A stretch of 64,000 nt of DNA from Pseudobdellovibrionaceae bacterium (GCA_025354795.1 JANXMF010000075.1:3161-67160), one strand, 5' to 3'. Positions 32,143 through 43,255 are shown, counted from the first letter of the stretch. Notes: generated by a model from the letters alone, not told the origin. Translations and numbers: made by a program.

Positions 32143-34952
32143 ATCAATTGAAAGTCTTTGAGTTTGCCAAAGAAATTGGCGTCGAAACTTTAGTTCTGAT
32201 GGATAAGATTCGCGAGTGGAAGCTTCCGGTGCGAAGTCATATGGCCACTCTCGACGATCAAATGATGGCGGAAATCAAGACACGCCTGCAGGCGGCGACG
32301 CAAACGGCGGCAGATGACGCCGCCAAGGCGAAAAAGAAAGCCGTGCGCAAGAAAGCTGCGGGTGACACCGAATCCGCTGGCTTGACGGCCTCTGCTAGCA
32401 AAGCCAAAGCGACGAAAAGCACAACTGTGGCCAAGAAAGCGAGCGGCAGCAAAGCCGTAGTTAGCAAAGTGGCCACTAAGCAAACGGCTGTCACCAAGCC
32501 GACCACGGCTAAGACCCAGGCGGCAAAAGTCTTGTCGGAAAAGGCCGCGGCCATTGAAGCTGAATCGGGACCTTCCCTGCAAGCTCGTTCCACGGTGATT
32601 CGCCGTAAGGCCGGCGAAGCTGAAGCCAAGGCGCTTGAAGCTGCCGCTTTAGAAGCCCAAAATGCAGCCGCTGCGGCCGCTGCCGCCGAAAATTCTACTG
32701 AAGAATCTGATCCGACCGTCATAGGCGTTCTAGAGTCCGGTGTTGCGCCCGCGACCGACAGCCCCGAGACTTTGGCGGCGCGAGGGGAAGAGCCCAACCG
32801 GCGCCGCAATATCGTTGGGCGGATGGACCTACGCCGTGTGACGAATATTCAAGGACCGGGCGGAGCGCCAGGAACAGCCGCCTCTCCCGGAAGTCCGCGT
32901 TTGTCACGCACAGCTCCGCGCAATATCCGCACCGGCTTTTATTCCGCTGAGCCAATGGTGACTCCCGATCCGTTTGCGGTCCACACCGGTCGAATCGAGG
33001 TCAAAGACGATAAAAATAAGAAACGCCCAGGTCCTGGGGCTGGCGGCGGCGGCGGCGGCGGCGCGCGCGAAGAAGAAGTTAAGATCTTCACCGCGACTGA
33101 ATTCCGCAAACGCGAAGTGATTTTTCAGCCGAAAAAGAAAAAAGCGATCATGGGCCGTGAGGCCAAGAAGACCCAACTCACCACCCCCGCCGCGCACAAG
33201 CGCGTGGTCAAGGTGAACGGCACTATCACGCTGCAAGTTTTGGCCAACGAGATGGGCCTTAAGGCGCCCGTGCTGATGAAGAAGCTGATGGCTGAAGGTG
33301 TACAGGCCGCGATGAATACGGATCTGGATTTTGACACAGTAGCCTTGATTGCGCCCGAATTTGGCTGGGAAGCGCAAAATGTGCATCGCTCAGTCGCTCA
33401 ATTGATTTCCGCCAGTTCCACCGGCGCCGCCGATGCCGAGCGCGTGCATCGCCCGCCCGTGGTGACGGTGATGGGACACGTCGATCACGGCAAAACAACT
33501 TTACTGGACTCGATTCGCAAAGCGCGCGTGGCGCAAGGTGAAGCCGGAGGCATTACTCAACATATCGGTGCCTATTCGGTGACACTCGATGACGGCCACA
33601 AAGTAACATTCATCGATACTCCCGGCCATGAGGCTTTCACCGCCATGCGTGCGCGTGGTGCGAATGTTACGGATATCGCGATCATCGTGGTCGCGGCTGA
33701 CGACGGCATGATGCCGCAGACCGCAGAAGCCATCAATCACGCCAAAGCGGCGAAGGTGCCAATCATTGTCGCGGTCAATAAAATGGATAAACCGGGGGCT
33801 AATCCCGATCGCATCAAGCAACAGCTCACTGAATTCGAATTGGTTCCTGAGGAATGGGGCGGCACGACGATTTATTGTCCCGTATCGGCCCTCAAAGGCG
33901 ACGGTATCAAAGAGCTTCTCGAGCAAATTATTTTGGTCGCGGAAATTCAAGAGCTTAAAGCCGATCCCAAACGTTCGGCCACGGGCATCGTGATCGAAGC
34001 GCGGATGGAAAAAGGCCGCGGAGTGATCGCTTCGCTGCTAGTTCAAGACGGCACCATCAAAGTGGGACAGACTATTGTGGCAGGTAAGGTTTCAGGCCGG
34101 GTGCGCAGTATGAGCAACGACAAAGGTGTGACTGTCAAAGAAGTTGGCCCCGGACTGCCGGTGGAAATTTTGGGTTTGCCCGAGACACCCATGGCCGGTG
34201 ACCGTTTTGATATTGTGACCGATGAAGTGGCCGCGCGCGAGATCGCCGAACAGCGCATTGGTTTAGTCAAAAAAGACGAGGCACCCAATTCGAAAATGAC
34301 TCTCGATCAGCTTTTCGCCCGAGTTAAATCTGGCGATGCTAAGGAGTTGGCGTTGGTTTTAAAAGCGGACGTGGCCGGCAGCTTAGAGGCGGTCAAAGGC
34401 ATGCTCGACAAGATCGGCAACTCCGAAGTGAAATTGAAACTGGTGCACTCCGCAGTGGGCGGCATTACCGAAACCGATGCGCTGCTAGCCAGTACGGCAA
34501 AGGGCGTGATCGTCGGCTTCAATGTGCGTCCCGATAGCGGCGCCACGCGAATCGCTAAAGAAAAAGGCATTGAAATCAAGACCTACTCGATTATTTACGA
34601 GTTAGTCGATGATCTCAAAAAAGCGCTTACCGGCTTACTCACACCCGAAGTGGTGGAAAAAGCCATGGGCCGCGCCGAAGTTCGCAACACTTTCACCGTG
34701 CCGAAGATGGGCATGATTGCCGGCAGTTTTGTGACCGAAGGCAAGATCGCGCGCAATTATTCATTGCGCTTGGTGCGTGACGGAAAAATTATTTTCGAAG
34801 GCAAAGTGGGCAGTCTCAAACGCTTTAAGGACGACGTCAAAGAAGTTACTTCTGGGTTTGAGTGCGGTATTGGCATCGAAAACTTTAACGACATCAAAGT
34901 GGGCGACGTCATCGAGTCTTTCGTTAAAGAAGAGCAGTTGCGGGAGCTCTAG
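32139..34952 (+). CDS. infB: translation initiation factor IF-2
   Basis: It has the GTPase motifs [20 protein letters not shown] and NKMD, an Ala/Lys-rich N-terminal region, and conserved synteny. Confidence 0.95.
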   Translation: MNQLKVFEFAKEIGVETLVLMDKIREWKLPVRSHMATLDDQMMAEIKTRLQAATQTAADDAAKAKKKAVRKKAAGDTESAGLTASASKAKATKSTTVAKKASGSKAVVSKVATKQTAVTKPTTAKTQAAKVLSEKAAAIEAESGPSLQARSTVIRRKAGEAEAKALEAAALEAQNAAAAAAAAENSTEESDPTVIGVLESGVAPATDSPETLAARGEEPNRRRNIVGRMDLRRVTNIQGPGGAPGTAASPGSPRLSRTAPRNIRTGFYSAEPMVTPDPFAVHTGRIEVKDDKNKKRPGPGAGGGGGGGAREEEVKIFTATEFRKREVIFQPKKKKAIMGREAKKTQLTTPAAHKRVVKVNGTITLQVLANEMGLKAPVLMKKLMAEGVQAAMNTDLDFDTVALIAPEFGWEAQNVHRSVAQLISASSTGAADAERVHRPPVVTVMGHVDHGKTTLLDSIRKARVAQGEAGGITQHIGAYSVTLDDGHKVTFIDTPGHEAFTAMRARGANVTDIAIIVVAADDGMMPQTAEAINHAKAAKVPIIVAVNKMDKPGANPDRIKQQLTEFELVPEEWGGTTIYCPVSALKGDGIKELLEQIILVAEIQELKADPKRSATGIVIEARMEKGRGVIASLLVQDGTIKVGQTIVAGKVSGRVRSMSNDKGVTVKEVGPGLPVEILGLPETPMAGDRFDIVTDEVAAREIAEQRIGLVKKDEAPNSKMTLDQLFARVKSGDAKELALVLKADVAGSLEAVKGMLDKIGNSEVKLKLVHSAVGGITETDALLASTAKGVIVGFNVRPDSGATRIAKEKGIEIKTYSIIYELVDDLKKALTGLLTPEVVEKAMGRAEVRNTFTVPKMGMIAGSFVTEGKIARNYSLRLVRDGKIIFEGKVGSLKRFKDDVKEVTSGFECGIGIENFNDIKVGDVIESFVKEEQLREL

Positions 34953-34958
34953 TAAAAA

Positions 34959-35318
34959 ATGGATAAGTCTACTCGGGTACAACGAGTCGAGCGCGAGCTG
35001 CTCGAATCGCTCGCGCAGTTTCTTTTGCATGAGCTAACCACGCCGCTACCGTGCTACGCCTCCATCACCGCGGTGGAAGTCAGCCCCGATCTGCGCTATG
35101 CGCGGGTGTTTTTTCGCTTGGTGGGGAAGGAAGGCGCCACCCGCCGCGCCGAAGAGGAATTGGCTGGGCTGCGCGGTGTCTTCCAAAAGCATGTGGCTAA
35201 GAATGTGAAAATGAAATTTTGCCCGGTTTTGAAATTCGAATTTGGTAAAGTCACCGAGCGCGACGAAATCGATGTCTTGCTCGAAAACATGCGTAAACCA
35301 AAGCAGTTTGGAGATTGA
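34959..35318 (+). CDS. rbfA: ribosome-binding factor A
   Basis: It is 119 aa with RVERELLESLAQFL...ITAVEVSPDLRYARVFF, located downstream of infB. Confidence 0.9.
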   Translation: MDKSTRVQRVERELLESLAQFLLHELTTPLPCYASITAVEVSPDLRYARVFFRLVGKEGATRRAEEELAGLRGVFQKHVAKNVKMKFCPVLKFEFGKVTERDEIDVLLENMRKPKQFGD

Positions 35319-36250
35319 TTTTGCAAAACCTCGACGGATTATTGCTTGTGGACAAGCCCGCTTCCATCACCAGTCATGATCTGGTTCATCGCGTGCGCAA
35401 AGCGCTTAAACAAAAAAGTGTTGGTCACACCGGCACGCTGGATCCGCTCGCCACGGGACTGATGATTCTGGTCTTGGGCGAGGCCACCAAACTGTCGGAT
35501 TATTTGGTGATGGAAAACAAATCCTATTGGCTCAAGCTCCGGTTGGGTATTACCACCGACACCTTGGATCGAACCGGCAAAATTTTGAGCGAAACGCCGT
35601 GCGCGTTTTCGCCCGAGGCGCTTGCCGCTGAGGTAACGAAGCTGCAAGGGGATTTTCATTGGCCAGTGCCGCTGTTTTCGGCGGCAAAGGTCGATGGCAA
35701 AAAGCTTTACGAATATGGCCGCAGTGGCGAGGCGATCGAGCTGCCGCTCAAAGACATGGCGTTTTGGGATGCGCGGCTGGAAGATCAAAGTGCCACGATG
35801 GCGCAGCTCACGATCAGCTGTTCGAAGGGAAGCTTTGTGCGCACCTGGGCCGACATGCTGGGTGTGGCTTTGGGGGTTGGCGGTGTGGTGGACGAACTTC
35901 GACGTTTGACCGTGGGTCCCTTTTCGGTCAGCGATGCGTTAGATATCGCGCGTCTTGAGCAAGACCCTGAAGCCGCTCTGGGCGCGGCTTTTGTGCCCAT
36001 GAGCCAGGCGCTCCCAAACTGGAAATCGTTGATCGCGACCCCCAAAGACGCGCGTTTGGTGAGCAATGGCCAGGTGCCGCGGGATCTTCTCAATCGCTTG
36101 GTTTTTGAACAAAAGCAGGCTCACGAGCAAGGTAAGCCCATTCACGTCAAGGTGATTTCGATCGACGGCGATCTGCTCGCAATTTTAGCGGCTCAGCCTG
36201 GGCAGGGCGTTAAGATCCGGCGAGTTTTCAACAGCGCGCGAGTACATTAA
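35315..36250 (+). CDS. truB: tRNA pseudouridine(55) synthase TruB
   Basis: GLLLVDKPASITSHD ... GHTGTLDPLATGLM contains the catalytic Asp motif. The start is TTG at 35315 or 35321. Confidence 0.9.
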   Translation: MILQNLDGLLLVDKPASITSHDLVHRVRKALKQKSVGHTGTLDPLATGLMILVLGEATKLSDYLVMENKSYWLKLRLGITTDTLDRTGKILSETPCAFSPEALAAEVTKLQGDFHWPVPLFSAAKVDGKKLYEYGRSGEAIELPLKDMAFWDARLEDQSATMAQLTISCSKGSFVRTWADMLGVALGVGGVVDELRRLTVGPFSVSDALDIARLEQDPEAALGAAFVPMSQALPNWKSLIATPKDARLVSNGQVPRDLLNRLVFEQKQAHEQGKPIHVKVISIDGDLLAILAAQPGQGVKIRRVFNSARVH

Positions 36251-36276
36251 AAACATATCTGAAATCAAGGCTTTAC

Positions 36277-36303
36277 TTGACGTTTGCCATCCCTTGTTAC
36301 TAA
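36277..36303 (+). promoter_or_regulatory. putative sigma70 promoter for rpsO-pnp (TTGACG -35; extended -10 TGtTACTAA)
   Basis: I read this from the truB-rpsO gap. The spacing is short (15 nt), so it is a weak call. Confidence 0.3.
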
Positions 36304-36378
36304 ACCTAAGGCTTAATCCGACTCAAAGGCACGAACGCCAAACGTCCCGAGGGTCCAATTTTTTGGAGGCAAAAAGCG

Positions 36379-36648
36379 ATGGCATTACTCAAGTCAGACA
36401 AAGAAGAAGTGATCAAAAAATTCCGCTTATCCGATCTCGACACGGGCTCTTGCGAAGTGCAAGTGGCGCTGATCACCACGCGTATTCAAGAATTGACTGG
36501 GCACTTTAAAGATCACAAAAAAGATGTGAACTCCCAGCGCGGTCTGGTGAAAATGGTCAACCGTCGGCGCAAACTTCTAGCGTACCTCAAGCGCACCAAC
36601 AATCAACGCTACGTAAAACTCATCCATGGCTTAGGCTTAAGGAAATAA
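36379..36648 (+). CDS. rpsO: 30S ribosomal protein S15
   Basis: It is 89 aa with [36 protein letters not shown]. Confidence 0.95.
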   Translation: MALLKSDKEEVIKKFRLSDLDTGSCEVQVALITTRIQELTGHFKDHKKDVNSQRGLVKMVNRRRKLLAYLKRTNNQRYVKLIHGLGLRK

Positions 36649-36656
36649 AATAAATC

Positions 36657-38774
36657 ATGAATAACAAACAAACGGTCACCGGCCGCGTAGGTGAAAGTAC
36701 GATTACAATTGAAACCGGACGCTTGGCGAAACAAGCCGACGGTTCCGTGCTGGTCACGTCTGGAAACAATATGGTTTTGGTCACCGCCGTTTCGGCGCGT
36801 GAACCTAAAGACGTCGACTTCTTTCCGCTCACGGTCGAATACCAAGAAAAATTCTATGCCACCGGGAAAATCCCTGGCGGTTATTTTAAACGCGAAGGTC
36901 GCCCGACCAACAATGCCACGCTGACTGCGCGGCTGATCGACAGGCCCTTACGTCCGACGTTTCCCGAAGGCTATCGTTACGAGACACAAGTCATCGCGAC
37001 CACGTTGAGCTATGACGGCACTTTCCCGATCGACGTTTTGGCTTCGCTCGGCGCATCGGCCGCGATTCATTTGAGCGATATTCCGTTCAATGGCCCGACC
37101 GCCGCCGTGCAAGTGGCGCGCATCAATGGCCAGTTGACGGTCAACCCTTCTCTTGTGGATCTGGAAAAATCCGATATGGATATCATCGTTGCGGGCACTC
37201 GCAACGGAATTTTGATGGTGGAAGGTGAAACCAAGTTTATCACCGAAGCGGACGTGCTAGCCGCGCTCAAGTTTGCGCACAAGTCGATGTTGCCGATGTT
37301 TGATATGCAAGATGAACTGCGCGGCAAAGTCGGCAATGTGGAAAAGCGCAAATTCACGCCGCCAACCATCGATGCGGACTTCTCCGGCCCAGTGAAAGCC
37401 TTTTTGGAGCCCAAGATTCGTGAAGCCCTGCAGATGCGCGAGAAAAATAAGCGCTATGACGCTTACGATGCGGTGAAGAACGAAGCTAAGGCGAAGTTCG
37501 TTGCCACCATCACCGATGACAAATTGCAAGGCAAACGCGGCAAAGAACTCAGCACCTTGATCGAAGATACCAAGTACAAACTAAGCCGCGATCTGGTGCT
37601 CGACACAGCTGTGCGTATCGACGGCCGTAAGACCACCGATATTCGTAACATCGCTTGTGAGGCGGCTTTGCTCCCGCGCGCGCATGGATCAGGGCTTTTC
37701 ACTCGTGGCGAGACGCAAGTCCTGGGCACGGTGACTCTCGGTACCGGTGACGATGAGCAATACATTGACGATCTTGCGGGCCTGACCAAAAAGCGTTTTA
37801 TGCTGCACTACAATTTCCCGCCGTTTTCGGTTGGTGAAGTGGGCCGCGTGGGCGCTCAGAGCCGGCGCGAAGTCGGTCATGGGTTTTTGGCGGAACGCGC
37901 GATTAAAGCAATCTTGCCGGATTTCGAAAAATTCCCGTACACCATTCGTATCGTGTCGGAAGTTTTGGAGTCCAACGGTTCTTCCAGCATGGGTACGGTT
38001 TGTTCCGGTACTATCGCATTGCTCGATGCGGGTGTCCCGATCAAAGGCAACGTCGCCGGTATTGCGATGGGTTTGATCAAAGAGGGCAGCAAAGTGGCTG
38101 TGCTTTCGGACATTCTGGGCGATGAAGATCATCTAGGCGATATGGATTTTAAAGTAGCCGGGACTCGCAAAGGTGTGACGTCGTTGCAGATGGATATCAA
38201 AATCGACAGCATCAGTTTTGAAATTATGGAACAGGCCTTGGCGCAAGCTTACGATGGCCGTAACCATATTTTGAACGAAATGGAAAAGGTGATTTCGCAG
38301 CCTCGCGGTGAGATTTCACAGTTCGCTCCTCGCATCGAGACCATCCGTATTAAACCGGACAAAGTGCGCGAAGTGATCGGTGCCGGCGGCAAAGTGATCA
38401 AGAGCATTATTGAAGAGACCGGAGTTAAGATTGATATCGAAGACGACGGCACGATTCATATCGCGTCGGCGGATCCCAAGGCCACCAAACGAGCGATTGA
38501 GATCATTAACGGAATTTGCGCCGAAGCCGAAGTGGGCAAAACCTATAGCGGTAAGGTCGTGAAGATCATGGATTTTGGCGCCTTTGTCGAAGTGCTGCCA
38601 AACACCAGCGGTTTACTGCATATTTCGGAAATCGCGCATGAGCGCATTCGCAACGTGACGGATGTTCTCAACGAGGGCGATACGGTTCAGGTCAAAGTTT
38701 TGGACATTGACCGCTCGGGCCGCATCAAACTTTCGCGCAAAGCTTTACTCGGGCCGCCCACGCAGCAGCAGTAG
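36657..38774 (+). CDS. pnp: polyribonucleotide nucleotidyltransferase (PNPase)
   Basis: It has two RNase PH domains, a KH domain (GAGGKVIKSI) and an S1 domain (GKVVKIMDFGAFVE). Confidence 0.95.
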   Translation: MNNKQTVTGRVGESTITIETGRLAKQADGSVLVTSGNNMVLVTAVSAREPKDVDFFPLTVEYQEKFYATGKIPGGYFKREGRPTNNATLTARLIDRPLRPTFPEGYRYETQVIATTLSYDGTFPIDVLASLGASAAIHLSDIPFNGPTAAVQVARINGQLTVNPSLVDLEKSDMDIIVAGTRNGILMVEGETKFITEADVLAALKFAHKSMLPMFDMQDELRGKVGNVEKRKFTPPTIDADFSGPVKAFLEPKIREALQMREKNKRYDAYDAVKNEAKAKFVATITDDKLQGKRGKELSTLIEDTKYKLSRDLVLDTAVRIDGRKTTDIRNIACEAALLPRAHGSGLFTRGETQVLGTVTLGTGDDEQYIDDLAGLTKKRFMLHYNFPPFSVGEVGRVGAQSRREVGHGFLAERAIKAILPDFEKFPYTIRIVSEVLESNGSSSMGTVCSGTIALLDAGVPIKGNVAGIAMGLIKEGSKVAVLSDILGDEDHLGDMDFKVAGTRKGVTSLQMDIKIDSISFEIMEQALAQAYDGRNHILNEMEKVISQPRGEISQFAPRIETIRIKPDKVREVIGAGGKVIKSIIEETGVKIDIEDDGTIHIASADPKATKRAIEIINGICAEAEVGKTYSGKVVKIMDFGAFVEVLPNTSGLLHISEIAHERIRNVTDVLNEGDTVQVKVLDIDRSGRIKLSRKALLGPPTQQQ

Positions 38775-40072
38775 TGAAAGCGTACAGTTATAAGCCGATA
38801 TTTCAAAAGACGACGTTGAGTAACGGTGTGCGGGTGGTAACAGAAAGCCATCCGTTCACCCGCGCAGTCAGCGTCGGTGTCTTTGTGCAAGTGGGAACCC
38901 GCGATGAGCCGGAGAGCAAGGCTGGCCTTACGCATTTCCTTGAACATTTGGTCTTCAAGGGCACGCGCAAGCGTTCGTCGTATGAGCTGGCCAAGGCGCT
39001 CGATGCGGTGGGCGGGGAGCTCAATGCTTACACCACTCGCGAGTTCACCTGCTTTCACGCCACCTCGTTAAAAGAGCATTTGCCGCTCGGTTTAGATGTG
39101 GTCATGGATTTGGTCACGGGCGCGACTCTCGGCCTCGATGATTTTAAAAAGGAACGTGAAGTCATCGTGCAGGAAATCCAGATGTGCAAAGACAATCTGG
39201 AAGAGTATATATTAGATGTTTACCTTGAAAAAGTTTTTGCAGGCCAAGACCTGGCCATTCCCATTCTGGGTACCGAGGAATCGCTTGCGGCCTTGAAGCG
39301 GTCCGATCTGGTGCGCCACTATCAAGCCAATTTTACCGGTCCGCGCATCATTGTGAGCGTGGCCGGGCCTGTCGAGCATGATCAGGTCACCGAGATGGTC
39401 GAGAGGTCCCTGGGCCGTTTGAAGAGCCGCAATCGCACGCTCAAACGTAAGGTCCCGCGGGTGCGCCATATCGAAGAATTCATTCCGCGCCCGAGCGAGC
39501 AGGTGCATCTTTTGGTGGGGCTGCCCTCGTGCTCTTATAAATCTAAGTTTCGGTTTGAGTCTTATGTCGTCAATGACTTGTTGGGCGGCGGAGTGACTTC
39601 GCGTCTTTATCAGAAAATTCGCGAAGACAAGGGCTTGGTCTACTCGGTCTACAGTTATTTGCAGTCGTTTGTCGACTCAGGCCTTTTTCTCACCTATGCT
39701 GGAACGGCAGCGAAGAATGCCGCGCAGGTTTTGAAAATCATGAAAGCCGAACTGCACAAATTTGTCGATCAAGGTGTAAAGGCGAGCGATTTGGCTACGT
39801 TTAAAACTCAAGTGAAGGGCCAAATTTTGCTGGGCGCGGAGGACATGGAAAACCGCATGAATTCGCTTGGTATCAACGAAATGGTTTTTGGTCAGTATCG
39901 TCCGATTGACGAAGTGATTCAGGACATCGACGAAGTCAGCGTGCGCTCGACCCGTGATTACGTGCGCAAGTACTTCAATATCGACGAGATGTCGCTTATG
40001 ATTATGGGCGATTTGCAGCCCGCTGAGGCGCTCAAACTTCTAAATGTGTGGGGAGGCAAAAGTGGAAATTAG
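38774..40072 (+). CDS. M16 family (pitrilysin/insulinase-like) zinc peptidase
   Basis: It has the inverted zinc motif HFLEHLVFKGT. The GTG start overlaps the pnp stop. Confidence 0.85.
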   Translation: MKAYSYKPIFQKTTLSNGVRVVTESHPFTRAVSVGVFVQVGTRDEPESKAGLTHFLEHLVFKGTRKRSSYELAKALDAVGGELNAYTTREFTCFHATSLKEHLPLGLDVVMDLVTGATLGLDDFKKEREVIVQEIQMCKDNLEEYILDVYLEKVFAGQDLAIPILGTEESLAALKRSDLVRHYQANFTGPRIIVSVAGPVEHDQVTEMVERSLGRLKSRNRTLKRKVPRVRHIEEFIPRPSEQVHLLVGLPSCSYKSKFRFESYVVNDLLGGGVTSRLYQKIREDKGLVYSVYSYLQSFVDSGLFLTYAGTAAKNAAQVLKIMKAELHKFVDQGVKASDLATFKTQVKGQILLGAEDMENRMNSLGINEMVFGQYRPIDEVIQDIDEVSVRSTRDYVRKYFNIDEMSLMIMGDLQPAEALKLLNVWGGKSGN

Positions 40073-40667
40073 CCAGCTTAAAAAATCGATGCAGGAAATC
40101 GGCCGCGCGGTGGGCGCGATGGTCGAAGAAAAGTTGGGCGAGCGTTCGCATTTGGAAGACCAAGTGCGCGGCATCGCGAGACAAGTTGAGAAAATGGTGA
40201 GCGACACTTTGGGTAATTCGCGCTCGTCGGTGAATGTGCGTTTCAAACGGTTATCAAATTTTAAAGGTGAGCTTCCGAGCTATGCCACCGAAGGCTCTTC
40301 GGGCATGGATGTGCGCGCTTGCTTGGATGAAATCTTGATTCTTGAGCCGATGCAACGGGCTTTGATTCCCACCGGCTTAAGTGTGGAATTTCCAGCGGGC
40401 TACGAGATGCAAGTGCGCGCACGCAGTGGCCTGGCAATCAAAAAGGGCATTGGGCTGGTGAATGCACCGGGTACCGTGGACGCAGACTATCGCGGGGAGC
40501 TTAAGATTATTTTGGTGAATTGGGGTCAAGAGGCCGTGACCATTCAAGATCAAGAGCGCATCGCACAGCTGGTGATTTGTCCGGTGATTCGGGCGGAGAT
40601 CAGTGAGGCGACGGATTTGTCCTCGACGTCGCGAGCTGAAGGCGGATTTGGTTCGACAGGGGTTTAA
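40062..40667 (+). CDS. dut: dUTP diphosphatase with ~50-aa N-terminal coiled-coil-like extension
   Basis: It has the dUTPase motifs YATEGSSGMDVRA, RSGLAIKKGI, GTVDADYRGEL and GGFGSTG. The GTG at 40062 is preceded by GGGAGG at 6 nt. The alternative short form starts at ATG 40194. Confidence 0.8.
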   Translation: MEISQLKKSMQEIGRAVGAMVEEKLGERSHLEDQVRGIARQVEKMVSDTLGNSRSSVNVRFKRLSNFKGELPSYATEGSSGMDVRACLDEILILEPMQRALIPTGLSVEFPAGYEMQVRARSGLAIKKGIGLVNAPGTVDADYRGELKIILVNWGQEAVTIQDQERIAQLVICPVIRAEISEATDLSSTSRAEGGFGSTGV

Positions 40668-40690
40668 TCATCCCAACGCGCTAGAAACCT

Positions 40691-41311
40691 CTAGTCCTCA
40701 GTATTCAATTCCTTCTCCAAAATATCCAGCGACTCCGGCGTGGCTTTTTGCCGCAAGGTCTTGTGCTTCGTCGAGGTCTGAACTTGTTGGAAACCCCAAT
40801 AAAGCACGTGAATCGCCATCAGCCCTAGCAATATATTGCGCAGCGGTTTAACCGGCGCTCGCAATCTGTCCACGAAGCCTACAAACAAAAGTAGTAGAGC
40901 GGTGGCGCTCCCCAAAAGCATCAGCGGCGGTACCACAATGGCCGCGACACTCAAGATCAGTAGCGGGATAGTCGCGAACAACAAAATGATATAAATCTGG
41001 CGGTAAGAAACGGAGATCCTGAAAAACAAATCAAAAATGTAGTAAAAAAATCCTGCGGCGACCGCGAGTAGAATGTAATTGGTGATCGGAGCGAGGATCA
41101 AACCCGTTATGACCGCTACAAAATCCCGCGCCACCAAATTGGCGAGGGTCGAAATCGCGGCCGCAAACGCCGCCTGCAGAACCACGATGGTGGGCCATTC
41201 CCAGTCGGGAAGAGCGCGCATGGTTTGGATTGGATTTCTAAAAAAATGTGGCAGGATCACGATGTCTTCGCGAAGTTTGGTGCGCAGCTGGTCCCAGTTG
41301 ATCTTCATCAT
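40691..41311 (-). CDS. multi-pass membrane protein (Yip1-like?)
   Basis: It is 206 aa with five hydrophobic helices. The family assignment is tentative. Confidence 0.4.
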   Translation of the reverse strand: MMKINWDQLRTKLREDIVILPHFFRNPIQTMRALPDWEWPTIVVLQAAFAAAISTLANLVARDFVAVITGLILAPITNYILLAVAAGFFYYIFDLFFRISVSYRQIYIILLFATIPLLILSVAAIVVPPLMLLGSATALLLLFVGFVDRLRAPVKPLRNILLGLMAIHVLYWGFQQVQTSTKHKTLRQKATPESLDILEKELNTED

Positions 41312-41329
41312 GTGTGCCGCTCTCGAGGT

Positions 41330-41992
41330 TTAGAAGGTGGCGTTTAAGCGCAAGCTCCCGTCCACCGACGATCTATCGAATGTATCCGAACCAATCGCCG
41401 CGCGATAGGAAATCTCAGGCCCGAACGTCAAAATCTTAGAGATTTTGCGTTCAACGCCGAGGAGAAACACCGAAGAAGGGCTAGTGTACTGAGTTGTCGA
41501 CCAATGACTATTGGCGTAAGAGTCCACCGTCAGGTAGCGCGCCGCTAGGCCCGCCCCAAGGCGCAGGTGCACATCATCCTGAAGGCGAGTGCAATAGACT
41601 AGGCGTAATTCAAATTCCTTAAGATCGGTTTTTAACTGGGGATTTAAATTTTCTTCGGCAAAATTGAGATAGGCACCTTCTGCGATCACCGATTTACTGA
41701 AAAGATTAATGCCGAAATTGACTTCGATACCTTTAAGCAGACCCGAGCCTCCCGCTTGATCGGGTCCGTTCACCGCGACCCAAGAGCCGGCCACCGCGGC
41801 ACCAGCGTGAATGGCAACATCTTCCCAATCATAGTCTTTGGTAGGCACAGTGAGCGGAGTTTCATTGGCGGAAGTTTTGAGGTCTTTGATGATCGCTTCG
41901 TAATTAGTAAACGAGCCGTCTTCTTCCGCCCAGACAAAGGCCGAGCTTGAAAGTAGCGCCAAAGCGATCCCGAGGCAAACAAATTTAGGCAT
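41330..41992 (-). CDS. small outer-membrane beta-barrel protein
   Basis: It has a signal peptide (MPKFVCLGIALALLSSSAFVWA), alternating strands and a C-terminal Phe (LNATF). I prefer the ATG at 41992 over the ORF opening at 42013. Confidence 0.55.
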   Translation of the reverse strand: MPKFVCLGIALALLSSSAFVWAEEDGSFTNYEAIIKDLKTSANETPLTVPTKDYDWEDVAIHAGAAVAGSWVAVNGPDQAGGSGLLKGIEVNFGINLFSKSVIAEGAYLNFAEENLNPQLKTDLKEFELRLVYCTRLQDDVHLRLGAGLAARYLTVDSYANSHWSTTQYTSPSSVFLLGVERKISKILTFGPEISYRAAIGSDTFDRSSVDGSLRLNATF

Positions 41993-42082
41993 GAAATGCT
42001 CCTTAGAGCCCATCCAAGAGGACTCTATTTATTCTATCAAAACTCGCCTTTCGGAAAAAGCGCCAGAGAGTAGAATAAGACT

Positions 42083-42544
42083 ATGGCTCTATTTTCTCGA
42101 CTACATGACCGGCGATATTGTGCATTTTGTAAGGTTTTGCGTCGGGTTTACGTCAAAAAACATGTCGACGTGACCAATGTCGTGGGCGCGATCTTGTTTT
42201 CGACCAGCTTGGCATACACGGTTTGGGGCGAGCCCGATCCCCGCGGACTAGTCATATTTTGTTTATTTATCGTCGGCTCCGAGTTTTTTGTGTATGCCCG
42301 CTGGCGCACGGCCATCAAATGCAAAATGTGTGGTTTTGATCCGATCCTTTATAAAAAATCGCAGGCCTTGGCTTCTTTGCGCGTGCGTGAGTTTTTCAAT
42401 GAGCAGGTCGAGAATCCTGAATTTTGGCTGACCAAGTCGCCGCTGCTGAGAGTGCAAAAGGGCATTCGCCAAAATGAAAAAAAGGCGATTGAGATGCAGA
42501 TCATGGCACGACGATCTTCGTTGCCGCAGTCCAAGTCCCCGTGA
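42083..42544 (+). CDS. hypothetical membrane protein with Cys pairs (zinc-ribbon-like)
   Basis: It has CAFC...CKMC cysteine pairs flanking two TM helices. The family is not recognised. Confidence 0.35.
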   Translation: MALFSRLHDRRYCAFCKVLRRVYVKKHVDVTNVVGAILFSTSLAYTVWGEPDPRGLVIFCLFIVGSEFFVYARWRTAIKCKMCGFDPILYKKSQALASLRVREFFNEQVENPEFWLTKSPLLRVQKGIRQNEKKAIEMQIMARRSSLPQSKSP

Positions 42545-42559
42545 TAGACTTTTGAGGTC

Positions 42560-43255
42560 ATGCAAACTCTCATCGTGATTCCCACTTACAACGAAAGCGA
42601 AAACATTGCGGCACTCGTGCCTGCGATTTTGCAAACGACGCCTGATGTCGAGATCCTTGTAGTGGATGACAATTCACCCGACGGAACCGGCGATGTGGTG
42701 CGCAAGCTTAGCGCCAACAATACGAAAATCCATTTGCTCTCGCGCCAGGGCAAAGAGGGCTTGGGCAAAGCCTATCTCGCGGGTTTCAGATGGGGGCTCG
42801 AAAAGGGTTACGGCATGATAGCCCAGATGGATGCCGATTTTTCCCATCGTCCTGAAGATCTTAAGCGGCTGCTCGAGGCATTGCCTGAATTTGATTTTGT
42901 GATGGGATCGCGCTGGGTGCCCGGCGGGCGAACCGTCAATTGGGGCTTCGGTCGCAAATTGATCAGTCGCGGCGGGTCTTTTTACACGCGTCAAATTTTG
43001 CGTTACCAAGTGCGCGATTGGACCGGCGGGTTTAACGCGTGGAAGGCCGCCACATTATTAAAGTTGGGCTTGGATTCCGTGCGCTCGGAAGGATATAGTT
43101 TTCAGATTGAATTAAAGTATAGGGCGTTAAAACTTGGTTTTCGCAGCAAAGAAGTTCCCATCGTGTTTGAAGACCGCCGAGTGGGGCAGAGCAAAATGTC
43201 TTCGCACATTGTTTTTGAAGCTCTCTATCGGGTTTGGGGTCTGCGCGGGATTTAG
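42560..43255 (+). CDS. GT2 polyprenol-phosphate mannosyl/glycosyltransferase (Dpm1/PpmA-like)
   Basis: The motifs VIPTYNESENI and VVDDNSPDGTG, and the overall length, fit dolichol/polyprenol-phosphate mannose synthase. Confidence 0.8.
   Translation: MQTLIVIPTYNESENIAALVPAILQTTPDVEILVVDDNSPDGTGDVVRKLSANNTKIHLLSRQGKEGLGKAYLAGFRWGLEKGYGMIAQMDADFSHRPEDLKRLLEALPEFDFVMGSRWVPGGRTVNWGFGRKLISRGGSFYTRQILRYQVRDWTGGFNAWKAATLLKLGLDSVRSEGYSFQIELKYRALKLGFRSKEVPIVFEDRRVGQSKMSSHIVFEALYRVWGLRGI

Noticed and set aside
30754-33386. Long antisense ORFs lie within nusA and infB (for example 30754-31284 minus strand, 32258-32809 minus strand, 32904-33386 minus strand).
   Set aside because: They lie opposite strongly supported conserved genes. 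Their translations are low-complexity and Arg/Ala-rich, which is typical of shadow ORFs in GC-biased coding DNA.
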